From: a virus
Strand: one strand, 5' to 3'
IMG/VR virus record: IMGVR_UViG_3300045988_108148
Length of the DNA stretch: 64,000 nucleotides
Notes under the pieces: model-generated
The model's input: only the letters and a program-made list of their open reading frames with translations
What the model was told of the DNA's origin: nothing
Database searches by the model: none
Shown: positions 11,001 through 19,099 of the stretch, piece after piece
Layout: every line of letters begins with the position of its first letter
How positions within the stretch are numbered: position 1 is the stretch's first letter
Program-made: the position numbers and the translations under genes

Positions 11001-12785
11001 AAAGGTTTATTTTTTAGAAACTTTGATAAAACTGGTTATATTGGTGGAATTGGAATGTTTTCTACTGGAAACGGATCTATATATAGAGCTTATAATGCTT
11101 ATGTAGGATGGGATAATAGTCCTTGGGATAGTGCTAATAATCTTACTGTATCTAAAGATGCATTTACTTATAAGAATAATAAAATATGGCATGCTGGTAA
11201 TGATGGTTCAGGTAGTGGTTTGGATGCTGATTTGTTAGATGGATACCATGCTGGATATAAAAATGGTGATCTTGCATTATATATTAATCTTCCAAAAATA
11301 ACTGATTTAATAAGTCAGGGTTTATTAAGATCAGATTATGAGACAGTTGGCTATCCGACAGAGGATTTTTTGATTGCATTATGTAAATGGGCAATAAACA
11401 ATTATATTGGTGAAACTTCCCATGTATTGCTACAAGGAGAGATTACTCCTGCTGTCTCGGGGTGGTGTGTTTTGGGTCTTTATGCTAATGATGGAAAAGA
11501 TAACGCAACAGGATTACCAAAATATTGTTCAGGTCAAGTAAACTTAATTAATAAAAGCTCCATATTATTCGGTTCTTATAATGGAACCTGGTATTATAAA
11601 ACATTAGTAGATACTTCTAATCTAGAAGATACTCTAGCATACTGGTATGAAAATGATGAAAACAATTCATCCACAACATGTGCAACAGGTGGTAATAGAA
11701 ATGTAATTGAATCATTAAGAAGTAAGTTTAAGAGATGCATCGCTATGCCTAGTGGTGATGATGCTGCATTAATTAGTTATTGTAATGAAGAGGATAGTTC
11801 TAAATGGCCAGATAGTACAAACATTACAATTATGAACAACCATCAAAATAGAATGGTTTATTTTCCAAAATACTATCACAAAACTATAGAGAGAAGCCCT
11901 GGCATTTGGAGAACCTATATATCTGAACAGCAAATAGATAGTAATTACATTGAAGAACCTGAAATGTTATTAGCTTCATTTGAAGGAGCGATAAACATAG
12001 AAGGTATGTTGATAAGTACAGCTTCACAGACAAGTGCAGCTTCAAAAACAATGGCTGAGTTTGTTACAGCAGCTAAAACACATGGATCTTTATGGGGTAT
12101 TGGTGATTATAGATCTCATGCAACTATAGCTAGAATGTTTTGTGCTTACTATAAGACTACTAACATTAGTACAAGTAATAGTGCTATTCCATGTTCTGGA
12201 GGTACTAAGAGATATGACTACGGTAAGACTGGTGGGACAATAGCTCTTGGTAATAAAGACGGTAAAGCTGCAGTTGTAGAAGATACAGGATATTACTCAA
12301 CTAACTTCTTAGGACTTGAAGACTGCTATTACAGTAAGTGGGAGTTTGTACAAGGAATAAACATTTTAAAAGGTAAATACGTTGTATATGACGGAGGTTC
12401 ATTCCCAGATAAGGATGTAGCAGAGCTTGAAGCAGCAGGTGCTACTAATATCAGAGTTGTGGGATATGAACCTAATCCAGCTGCAACAGCAGCATATAAT
12501 GGATGGACTAAAGCCGTAGCTCAAGGCAAATATGGTGATGTAGTTCCTACAGCACATGGTGGATCTGAAACTACTTACTATTCCGATTATAGCTGGTTTA
12601 ATCCAACAGGAAATAGAATCTTTCTACGGTCGGGTCGTTCGGCTAATGGTTCTCGGTGCGGGGTCTTCGTGGCTAGTGCTGGTAATGCTTCCTCGCTGTC
12701 GTGGGCGAATCTCGGTGCAAGATTAGCCTTTTATGGTAAGATCGTTGTAGTTGATTCAGATACATTTAAGAAAATGCAGGCATAG
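8004..12785 (+). CDS. Tail fibre protein, the DGR target (variable region at the C-terminus)
   Basis: 1593-aa ORF with repeated W-x-x-D...TG modules (NGNWWVDNRDTG, NDHWFTYDPINKVYVDTG, DNDWWIYDYDTKQYVNTG, DGYWYLWDEVDDVYVNTG). Also has SAY(D/E)xAVKxGFxG motifs, a long AExxR/SExxR coiled-coil repeat and the LSTNDYSNADKNKV fibre motif. The last approx 100 nt before the C-terminal tail match the template repeat with adenine-specific differences. Confidence 0.85.
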   Translation: MIKNNVYYEWFASITVPNPDQVGYWVDLGADSKGRIIKVYNRDIEKWIVLFDVSKDDYVPPFIGSNGNWWVDNRDTGVKATAETPYIGENDHWFTYDPINKVYVDTGIEARGLSAYDIAVKLGFKGSEQDWIDSLSKASEDAAVAALDAANKANEAADKANQAVTDIEGIVDDAIAATDKAEEIASNPPKIVDNDWWIYDYDTKQYVNTGIAAIGDAFTYKKEYPSVEAMEADWGTADVKLGEYVLINTNNVEDPDDAKVYLKTQEGWKFIVDLSGMQGIQGWSAYELAVKHGFVGTEEEWVQSLKQPALDAAAEALEAKAQVEATEKAVKEAEALRVTAEQGRVNAENTRVSNENTRISNEDNRKAEESKRVTAENARIAAETSRKEAESSRVNAESDRVEAEGARAAAEQLRANSESERNTKEKERIANEAIRVASESERVTAETSRKEEEAKRVEAETARDTAEQERESNEATRQANEAIRETQEAAREKNTADAITAVNEAKTAAQQATTNATTAANNANTQAARAKEYADNPPKVGEDGYWYLWDEVDDVYVNTGWPSSGIILKGRLNSPEELGDIVDPQLSDSYIVGTDLYFWNGTEWVNMGRFQGPQGEPGKDAELSKAAIEAVLVGEVTTHTHDTRYYTKDQTDANIKVVADDLANNYYNKSQVDSKFTSVYIFKGSVDSVEDLPTEGNVIGDVWNVRKNDTNYAWTSEGWDALGGTAELSSLTANGLMSKEDFAKLQGIEAGAQVNKIETITKRVLLNVVDKNVTIPEDIAISPDEPTNNEIIWMDTDEDYDFTFDGYSKVDADARFVHQVEGKDLSTNDYSNADKNKVDNLNSYVTSGSFVQDANNAAITLNIKDPVTDNNSNQVLTINKATSTTAGVMSAADKTKLDGLSNYDDSTITQDITNIKANKLETIEVTGTGNVITTATKNGTKIAFAKGITAMTQDASDARYVKKAGDTMTGALNITAAGYNTEVSLDGLKLETSKTSANAKGLFFRNFDKTGYIGGIGMFSTGNGSIYRAYNAYVGWDNSPWDSANNLTVSKDAFTYKNNKIWHAGNDGSGSGLDADLLDGYHAGYKNGDLALYINLPKITDLISQGLLRSDYETVGYPTEDFLIALCKWAINNYIGETSHVLLQGEITPAVSGWCVLGLYANDGKDNATGLPKYCSGQVNLINKSSILFGSYNGTWYYKTLVDTSNLEDTLAYWYENDENNSSTTCATGGNRNVIESLRSKFKRCIAMPSGDDAALISYCNEEDSSKWPDSTNITIMNNHQNRMVYFPKYYHKTIERSPGIWRTYISEQQIDSNYIEEPEMLLASFEGAINIEGMLISTASQTSAASKTMAEFVTAAKTHGSLWGIGDYRSHATIARMFCAYYKTTNISTSNSAIPCSGGTKRYDYGKTGGTIALGNKDGKAAVVEDTGYYSTNFLGLEDCYYSKWEFVQGINILKGKYVVYDGGSFPDKDVAELEAAGATNIRVVGYEPNPAATAAYNGWTKAVAQGKYGDVVPTAHGGSETTYYSDYSWFNPTGNRIFLRSGRSANGSRCGVFVASAGNASSLSWANLGARLAFYGKIVVVDSDTFKKMQA
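12626..12720 (+). repeat. DGR variable region (VR)
   Basis: Aligns without gaps to 12897..12991 (offset 271). It encodes ...RSGRSANGSRCGVFVASAGNASSLSWANLGAR. It stands out as locally GC-rich in an AT-rich gene. Confidence 0.9.
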
Positions 12786-12896
12786 TCCTGAGTAATATAG
12801 ATAATTAAATATTAATAACAAGGGCGGGATCTAAAAGAATTACTATGAGATGACTTTATAGTAAGACTGCTGTCACATTATTTCATACTTGAAAAA

Positions 12897-12991
12897 ACAG
12901 TCAGGTAATTCAGATAATGGTTCTCGATGCAGAGTCTTCATAGCTAATGCTAATAATGCATCCTCGAATTCATAGACGAATATCAGTGAAA
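12897..12991 (+). repeat. DGR template repeat (TR)
   Basis: Non-coding copy of the VR, 111 nt after the fibre stop and 143 nt before the RT start. It is A-rich where the VR has other bases. In the VR frame it has TAG where the VR has TGG. The 5' boundary may extend to 12892 (aaaaaacag versus tttctacgg). Confidence 0.9.
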
Positions 12992-13134
12992 TTTTGGAAC
13001 TAACAGATACTTTCAGATAATTACAAAAATGTTTGTTGAACTTAGATCAGCCTTACCTCTAGGTAAAAGATAACAGGTGCTTTGAAGAGACCCTAGTAGT
13101 ATTGTGCGAACGGGTCTTACCACCAAAATAGCTT

Positions 13135-14175
13135 ATGAAAAGAATAGGCAATTTATTTAACAGGATAATATCATATGAAAATCTGGTCCGGGCTGAAAAG
13201 AAGGCTAGGCTAGGTAAAACTAAAAGATACGGCGTTAAGAAATTTGACAGGAATCCACATGAAAATCTGGTCCGGTTACAAAAGGCATTAATAGAAGATA
13301 CTTATCGTACTTCGGAATACTGCGTATATACAATCATCGCCGATCGTGGTAACAAAGAAAGAGAAATATATAGGCTACCGTATTATCCAGACAGAATAGT
13401 CCATCATGCTATAATGAATGTTATAGAACCTTACCTTGTTAGTAGATTTACTGCAGATACCTTTAACTGTTTAAAAGGAAGAGGTATTCATTATGGAGTA
13501 AAGAGATTAAAAAGAGATTTAAAAGCTGATAAAGAAGGCACAAAATATTGTTTAAAATTAGATATTAAAAAGTTCTTTCCTTCTATAGATCAAGATGTGT
13601 TATATTCACAATTTGAAAAGGTATTTAAGGATAAGAAACTATTAAGATTATTACATCATGTAGTTTATTCTACACCAAAAGGTTTTCCAATTGGAAATTA
13701 CATATCTCAATTTGCAGCAAATTTGAATTTGACTTGGTTCGATAGGTGGATTAAACAAGTATTAAAAATAAAATATTATTACAGGTATTGTGATGATATT
13801 GTTATATTACACCCAGATAAAGATTACTTAAGATATTGCTTACAAGAGATTGAAAAATATCTAGCTGATAACTTGAAATTAAAAATAAAACGTAATTGGC
13901 AGATATTTCCTGTAGAAGTAAGAGGTATAGATTTTATTGGTTATGTATTTTACCACGGTCATACTTTACTCAGGAAAGATATCAAAAAGAAGTTTATTCA
14001 TAAATTAAGTTATAAAAGTAATAATAAGAGGCTAGCATCACTAGCAGCTTATTGGGGATGGTGTAAATATGGAAGCTGTCATAATTTATGGTATCGCTTT
14101 ACGAGATCTTATAATTTTAAAGATTATAGACAAAAATTATTAAGTGATGATGGAATTAAAAAAAGTACAGGGTGA
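13135..14175 (+). CDS. DGR-type reverse transcriptase
   Basis: 346 aa. Catalytic YCDD (YYRYCDDIVIL). IGNYISQ matches the (I/L)GxxxSQ signature I recall for DGR RTs. N-terminal ENLVRA and the KLDIKKFFPSID motif A region are present. Confidence 0.88.
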   Translation: MKRIGNLFNRIISYENLVRAEKKARLGKTKRYGVKKFDRNPHENLVRLQKALIEDTYRTSEYCVYTIIADRGNKEREIYRLPYYPDRIVHHAIMNVIEPYLVSRFTADTFNCLKGRGIHYGVKRLKRDLKADKEGTKYCLKLDIKKFFPSIDQDVLYSQFEKVFKDKKLLRLLHHVVYSTPKGFPIGNYISQFAANLNLTWFDRWIKQVLKIKYYYRYCDDIVILHPDKDYLRYCLQEIEKYLADNLKLKIKRNWQIFPVEVRGIDFIGYVFYHGHTLLRKDIKKKFIHKLSYKSNNKRLASLAAYWGWCKYGSCHNLWYRFTRSYNFKDYRQKLLSDDGIKKSTG

Positions 14176-14494
14176 TAATATACCTAAAGTAATAGAATAC
14201 CTAGGAATGAATGAATGGGCAGTTAGATGGGATATTGAAGAAGTTAATTCTGAAGATATACATGGTTATGCTTATTATGAATTAAAATTCAATGAAGAAC
14301 CAACCTACGATTCTTTTGTAAGTAAAATCATTAGAACAAAGTATAGTGCAGATGAGGAAGCAGCATTAAAATCTAATATGGTTGAACAATTCATGAATGG
14401 AGAAATAATGCGTAGTCGTTTTGAAGAATGGCAAGCATTCCAAAATTGTAGAGACAATGCCAAATCTGTTGGTAGACAAATATTTAATATCTAA
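14147..14494 (+). CDS. Small acidic protein overlapping the RT 3' end
   Basis: The ATG at 14147 lies 29 nt inside the RT gene. The track start at 14144 is GTG. About 115 aa, rich in Asp/Glu. No motif recognised. Confidence 0.6.
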   Translation: MMELKKVQGDNIPKVIEYLGMNEWAVRWDIEEVNSEDIHGYAYYELKFNEEPTYDSFVSKIIRTKYSADEEAALKSNMVEQFMNGEIMRSRFEEWQAFQNCRDNAKSVGRQIFNI

Positions 14495-14496
14495 TT

Positions 14497-16260
14497 ATGG
14501 TAATTAAAGTAAAAAATAATGGGGAATGGGTTAAGATACCATACCTGAGCTCGGATAACAATCCAATAATTCCAGAAGCTCCATTAGACGGTAAACAATA
14601 TGCTAGACAAAGTGGTGAGTGGACAGTAGTCAACATACCAGAAGTAGATTTTACTGAAATAAATAAAAAAATATCTCAAAACACTGCTGCTATTGCTGCT
14701 AATACTACAGCTATCCAAAGTAAAGTAGATAAGGTAGATGGATTTGGACTTAGTTCTAACGACTACACCTCTCAGGAGAAAACTAAGTTAGCAGGTTTAA
14801 GCAATTACACGTTGCCTACAGCTTCAGACACAGTTAAAGGTGGTATTAAAGTTGGTACAGGTTTAACCATGAATGGGGAAGTACTTAGTGCAACTGGTGG
14901 TGGTATGGCAGATTCAGTTGAATGGGATAATGTATTAAGTAAACCAGAATTTGCTACAGTTGCTACAAGTGGTGCATATAATGACTTAACTGGTAGACCA
15001 AGTTTAGCTACAGTTGCCACTTCTGGTAGTTATGCAGACCTTAGTAATAAACCAACTATACCTACTGTGGATGTAACAAAGTCTTATGTAGATACACAAT
15101 TAGCTACTAAAGCTAATGTAAGTAATGTATATACAAAAGCTGAAGTAGATAGTAAAGTTAGTAGTGTTTATAGAGTAAAAGGGTCTGTTGCTAGTTACGC
15201 TAACTTACCTACTGTGGATGTAACAATAGGCGATGTTTATAATGTTAATGATACTGGTGCAAACTATGTGGCTACATCTACTACACCAACATGGGATAAA
15301 CTCAGTGAAACTGTAGATTTATCTGGTTATGCAACTACTGCTGCAATGAACTCAGCATTAGGTAACAAGGTTGATAAAGTATCAGGGAAATCCCTTAGTA
15401 CAAATGATTATACTACAGCTGAAAAAAATAAGTTAGCTGGTATTGCAGCTAGTGCAAATAATTACAGTTTGCCTGCAGCTACTTCATCTGTGTTAGGAGG
15501 TGTTAAAACTAGTACTGGTATTACTAACTCATCTGGTACAATTAGTGTAACATATGGTACTGCAGCTGGAACTGCTTGTCAAGGAAATGATTCGAGACTA
15601 AGTAATTCTCGTCCAGCATCTGATGTTAGTGCTTGGGCTAAAGCTAGTACAAAACCAACTTATGCTTGGACTGAAATTACAAGTAAACCTAGCTGGATTG
15701 GTTCATCTAAGCCCACCTATACAGCATCTGAAGTTGGTGCGTTAGCTAGTGGAGGTACTGCAGTAAATGCATCGAAAGTTGCCAATTCATTTATATTTAA
15801 AGTAGCAGGAGGAAGTACAGAAGGTACAAATTTGTATACCTTTAATGGATCTGCAGCTAAAACAATTAATGTAGTAGCTGGTAGTAATGTAACCCTTACT
15901 CCTACTGCAGGACAATTAAGTATATCTGCTAAAGATACCACATATGCAGTTGCTACCACATCCGCTAACGGTCTAATGAGTTCTGCAATGGTAACCAAAT
16001 TAAATGGTGTAGCCACTAATGCTAATAATTATTCATTACCAACAGCAACCAGTTCTGTATTGGGTGGAGTAAAAACTGGAAGTAACATTACAAATTCTTC
16101 TGGAACTATTTCTTTAAGCAGTGGTAATGTAACTAGCGCACTAGGCTACACACCTGTTAAAAATGAATCTGGTGTAGCAAGCATTAGGGTTATGACTCAA
16201 TCTGCATATGATGCATTATCAAGTAAATCAGCAACAACGTTATATATAATTACAGGTTAA
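14497..16260 (+). CDS. Tail fibre protein with internal repeats
   Basis: 587 aa. Has LS(S/T)NDYTxxEKxKLAG twice and ATVATSGAYNDLTGRPSLATVATSGSYADLSNKPTIP. The block YSLPxATSSVLGGVKT..ITNSSGTIS occurs twice, with a third degenerate copy (TLPTASDTVKGGIKVGTGLT). Confidence 0.8.
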   Translation: MVIKVKNNGEWVKIPYLSSDNNPIIPEAPLDGKQYARQSGEWTVVNIPEVDFTEINKKISQNTAAIAANTTAIQSKVDKVDGFGLSSNDYTSQEKTKLAGLSNYTLPTASDTVKGGIKVGTGLTMNGEVLSATGGGMADSVEWDNVLSKPEFATVATSGAYNDLTGRPSLATVATSGSYADLSNKPTIPTVDVTKSYVDTQLATKANVSNVYTKAEVDSKVSSVYRVKGSVASYANLPTVDVTIGDVYNVNDTGANYVATSTTPTWDKLSETVDLSGYATTAAMNSALGNKVDKVSGKSLSTNDYTTAEKNKLAGIAASANNYSLPAATSSVLGGVKTSTGITNSSGTISVTYGTAAGTACQGNDSRLSNSRPASDVSAWAKASTKPTYAWTEITSKPSWIGSSKPTYTASEVGALASGGTAVNASKVANSFIFKVAGGSTEGTNLYTFNGSAAKTINVVAGSNVTLTPTAGQLSISAKDTTYAVATTSANGLMSSAMVTKLNGVATNANNYSLPTATSSVLGGVKTGSNITNSSGTISLSSGNVTSALGYTPVKNESGVASIRVMTQSAYDALSSKSATTLYIITG

Positions 16261-16261
16261 T

Positions 16262-16939
16262 ATGATAAAGTTAGGAAGTACAGATATAACAAATGTAATG
16301 TTGGGAACAACTAAGGTGGACGCAATATTTCTTGGCAATACGAAAGTGTATCCAAATCCACCTGTAGTAGAAGGAGTATATGTATATCACGTGGATAAGA
16401 AATTTTATACTTTTCCTGAATTTCAAAAATTATCCAATACTGCTATATCACAAGTTCTTGGATTTGCTATTATAGATAATCAAGGTTCGTTTTTATTGCC
16501 ACCTAGAGTAAATCTATCTAATGGCTACAGGTGGTGTCCTGAAAATTTTGATACTTTCCTAGTACCAGATGTTGGAATTGGTGTTGATGATATTAATGGT
16601 AGACAAAATACAGAAATAATGCACGATACCTTTCAAAATGTTGCTGGATCAAATGAGTATGCTGCTGGATATGCATATCGTTTTACTCCTGTACCGATTG
16701 GTACTAATTGGTATTTACCATCTATTGGTGAACTTATTATAATTTACATGTATATGTCAGAATTGAATGATTGGGTATTTGATACATTTGGCTTTTCTTA
16801 TTTTGGTTATAAAGCTCTTTGGTCTTCCACACAACAAGATGCTACTACAGCTTGGCAATTAGATATTTCTGGTAGTGCATACAATACAGTAGCAAAGAGA
16901 ACCCTCAACGCAGCACTCCCAGTAATTAAATTAGGTTAA
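16262..16939 (+). CDS. DUF1566-like (C-type-lectin-fold-related) putative receptor-binding protein
   Basis: 225 aa. NWYLPSIGELIIIY ... ALWSSTQQDATTAWQLDISGSAYNTVAKRTLNAALPVIKL fits the remembered DUF1566 pattern W.LP(S/T)..EL ... WSST ... AW ... G ... K ... (V/I)(R/K). Confidence 0.5.
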   Translation: MIKLGSTDITNVMLGTTKVDAIFLGNTKVYPNPPVVEGVYVYHVDKKFYTFPEFQKLSNTAISQVLGFAIIDNQGSFLLPPRVNLSNGYRWCPENFDTFLVPDVGIGVDDINGRQNTEIMHDTFQNVAGSNEYAAGYAYRFTPVPIGTNWYLPSIGELIIIYMYMSELNDWVFDTFGFSYFGYKALWSSTQQDATTAWQLDISGSAYNTVAKRTLNAALPVIKLG

Positions 16940-17034
16940 CAATAACCGCTATTACTTAGGATAGTGTCAATTTGTAAATAAAGAACTTTTAAACCTTATT
17001 GACGTTTACTAAATAAACTGTCAAAAGATATCAG

Positions 17035-17073
17035 AACGCTAGCTAATCTTGTATTGGTTAGCGTTTTGTTTTT
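17035..17073 (+). terminator. Rho-independent terminator after the fibre operon
   Basis: AACGCTA (17035..17041) pairs with TAGCGTT (17059..17065). An inner CTAA/TTGG extension is possible. Followed by TTGTTTTT. Confidence 0.6.
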
Positions 17074-17099
17074 CAATCATCCTCTTTCAAATTGTTGTA

Positions 17100-17645
17100 A
17101 TGTTACAAAGACTAAATAATATTATATTAACGGCTCAAAGTGTAGCTACAGTGAATTACTTTAAAGAATTAGTTAATGATGGACCAATTAAATTTATTGC
17201 CTGTTTACTTTCTGGCATAATGGGTTGGTTATCTACATTCTTTGCTCCCATATATGCAGTAATAATTGTAGTATGTGTATTTATATTATTAGACGCAATT
17301 CTTGGTACGAAGGTATCAATTACTCATGGTGGTAAGTTTGAGTCTAGAAGATTGTGGTCTACTTTAAAGAAATTCGGAAATTGTGCAATGATAATTTCTT
17401 GTTGTCATCTTATGGACACGGAGATATTAAAGTCGATAGACATGCATTTGGTAGAAGGATTTTCAGGAATTGTTTGTGGAGTTGAGTTGTGGTCAATGAT
17501 CGAAAATCTCCAAGCAATTGACCCCACTGGACCATGGAAGATCTTCAGTAAGTTCATACGGAGCAAAGGAGAAAAGTATTTGGATATTACAATAGAAAAA
17601 GATGATTTACCAAAGATAAAGAAACTTGTAAAAAAGATAAAATGA
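17100..17645 (+). CDS. Holin-like multi-pass membrane protein
   Basis: ATG at 17100. The track start 17049 is a TTG inside the terminator hairpin. Hydrophobic segments FIACLLSGIMGWLSTFFAPIYAVIIVVCVFILLDAILG, FGNCAMIISCCHL and FSGIVCGVELW, with a Lys-rich C-terminus. Resembles phage_holin_4-type proteins from memory. Confidence 0.4.
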   Translation: MLQRLNNIILTAQSVATVNYFKELVNDGPIKFIACLLSGIMGWLSTFFAPIYAVIIVVCVFILLDAILGTKVSITHGGKFESRRLWSTLKKFGNCAMIISCCHLMDTEILKSIDMHLVEGFSGIVCGVELWSMIENLQAIDPTGPWKIFSKFIRSKGEKYLDITIEKDDLPKIKKLVKKIK

Positions 17646-18250
17646 TATTTTCCAAAGTAAAGATAGCTATTGCTGTTATTTTTAGTTTACTATTGTTTAA
17701 TAATGTCAGACTTGCTAAGAAAGTAAATGACTTAGATAAACAAGTAGGAATTGCAATGAATAATGCTCAAGTGTGGGCAGATATTGCAAATCAAAATAGA
17801 AATGAGGCAAGATTATTGGAATTAACAGTAAATGATTTTAAAAATTCTAATGACAGTCTAATAAAGGTCGCCAGGGATCAACAGAAGAAGCTAAATATCA
17901 AAGATAAGCAACTACGTCAAGTAGCATCCACTGAGACCGTAATTAGAGATACCACAGTAAGAATAATCCCTTCAAAAGAAAAGGATTTCTGTGTAGAGCT
18001 AAAACCAAATCAATTGACAACCATCACGGTGGCTAGAAAAGATAGCGTGTTCACACATACTATGGAAATACTAAATCATCAAGATTTATTTGTATACGAA
18101 GATAAAGTCTATAGAAGACGTTATAAGAATTGGTTTCAAAGATTAATTCACTTCGATTTTAAAAAAGATAAAATCAGTAAATATCAAATTATAAACTCTA
18201 ATGATTTAATTCAAGTATTAGATACTAGAGTAATACATATATCAGAATAA
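17642..18250 (+). CDS. N-terminally anchored membrane protein (spanin-like by position)
   Basis: ATGA start/stop overlap with the holin-like gene. One N-terminal TM segment (IAIAVIFSLLLF) is followed by a charged region that looks helical. Confidence 0.35.
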   Translation: MIFSKVKIAIAVIFSLLLFNNVRLAKKVNDLDKQVGIAMNNAQVWADIANQNRNEARLLELTVNDFKNSNDSLIKVARDQQKKLNIKDKQLRQVASTETVIRDTTVRIIPSKEKDFCVELKPNQLTTITVARKDSVFTHTMEILNHQDLFVYEDKVYRRRYKNWFQRLIHFDFKKDKISKYQIINSNDLIQVLDTRVIHISE

Positions 18251-18297
18251 TTGCAATACATTTCAATTTAGTGTTAATCAATAAATAAATTGAAACT

Positions 18298-19059
18298 ATG
18301 CATTTGAACAAATTATTAGAACAAATTAAACGCCATCAATCCCCTACAGAAGCTATAGATAAGTTGGCAACAGCTTTAGAGAAGCATGAAGGTAGCCTGT
18401 TGGAGAAAGGCTTCACTATTTTAAAGTCAGAATTGGCTGCAAATATGTATGAAGCTATAAATGGCCCTCATTTTGATGAGGAACATGCTCATTACGCAGT
18501 AGAGGGTATGGAAAATGAGGATGGTACAAAAGGACCTCACTGGACGGTTGAAGAGACAACGTCCGTTGCCAATCAAATGGGCATAAACTTAAAATCAGAG
18601 AAACATAACAAGTGGGACTGGTTTGTTGCTATGAATATGATATATTCAGACTTTTATAAAGCAGTAGTAGCAATGACTGGTAGCGCAAATACCAAATATT
18701 TCGCAGAATTAGCTAAAGCTTGGCTTTGTGACAAAGACATTTCAGAAGGCAAGATGTGGCACTACTATGTGTACATTATGTGTGACGACGAAGAAAACGA
18801 TTATAAAGCATACGAACGTATGCACAGAGATCGTGAAGAAGAATATGGTCGTTATGCAAGACGTTCTGGTAGAATGGAATACGCAAATAAAGAAAACGAT
18901 TACCGATATCCTTACTCTAAATATTATGACGAGTATGAAAGACCTGGTCGTAATAGATATTATGAGTTAGATTATGATCGTGAAGATCGTGAAAAAGAAA
19001 TGCGTGACCGTGATAAAGAATCCAGAGATAGACGTAACACATCTGTTAGATATTTCTAA
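18298..19059 (+). CDS. Hypothetical protein with Arg/Asp/Glu/Tyr-rich low-complexity tail
   Basis: 253 aa. The C-terminal third reads REEEYGRYARRSGRMEYANKENDYRYPYSKYYDEYERPGRNRYYELDYDREDREKEMRDRDKESRDRR. Confidence 0.7.
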   Translation: MHLNKLLEQIKRHQSPTEAIDKLATALEKHEGSLLEKGFTILKSELAANMYEAINGPHFDEEHAHYAVEGMENEDGTKGPHWTVEETTSVANQMGINLKSEKHNKWDWFVAMNMIYSDFYKAVVAMTGSANTKYFAELAKAWLCDKDISEGKMWHYYVYIMCDDEENDYKAYERMHRDREEEYGRYARRSGRMEYANKENDYRYPYSKYYDEYERPGRNRYYELDYDREDREKEMRDRDKESRDRRNTSVRYF

Positions 19060-19099
19060 TTATCAAATTATATATAAATCAATTAAATTATAAATCATT

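Larger units (their letters stand above)
12621..14175 (+). mobile_element. Diversity-generating retroelement cassette (VR - TR - spacer - RT)
   Basis: A VR/TR pair with adenine-specific mismatches lies beside an RT carrying DGR-type motifs, all on one strand in the order target, TR, RT. Confidence 0.88.

Noticed and set aside
14147-14494. Small ORF after the RT as the DGR accessory protein Avd
   Set aside because: It has a large excess of Asp/Glu, unlike basic Avd proteins, and I recognised no helical-bundle pattern. It is kept as a hypothetical protein pending a profile search.
16700-16939. 3' end of the DUF1566-like gene as a second VR
   Set aside because: I could find no stretch alignable to the TR by eye, even allowing A-to-N changes.
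18728-18970. 80-aa alternative-frame + ORF inside ORF 18298..19059
   Set aside because: It is fully nested in a longer ORF across that ORF's low-complexity region, and nothing supports an independent start.
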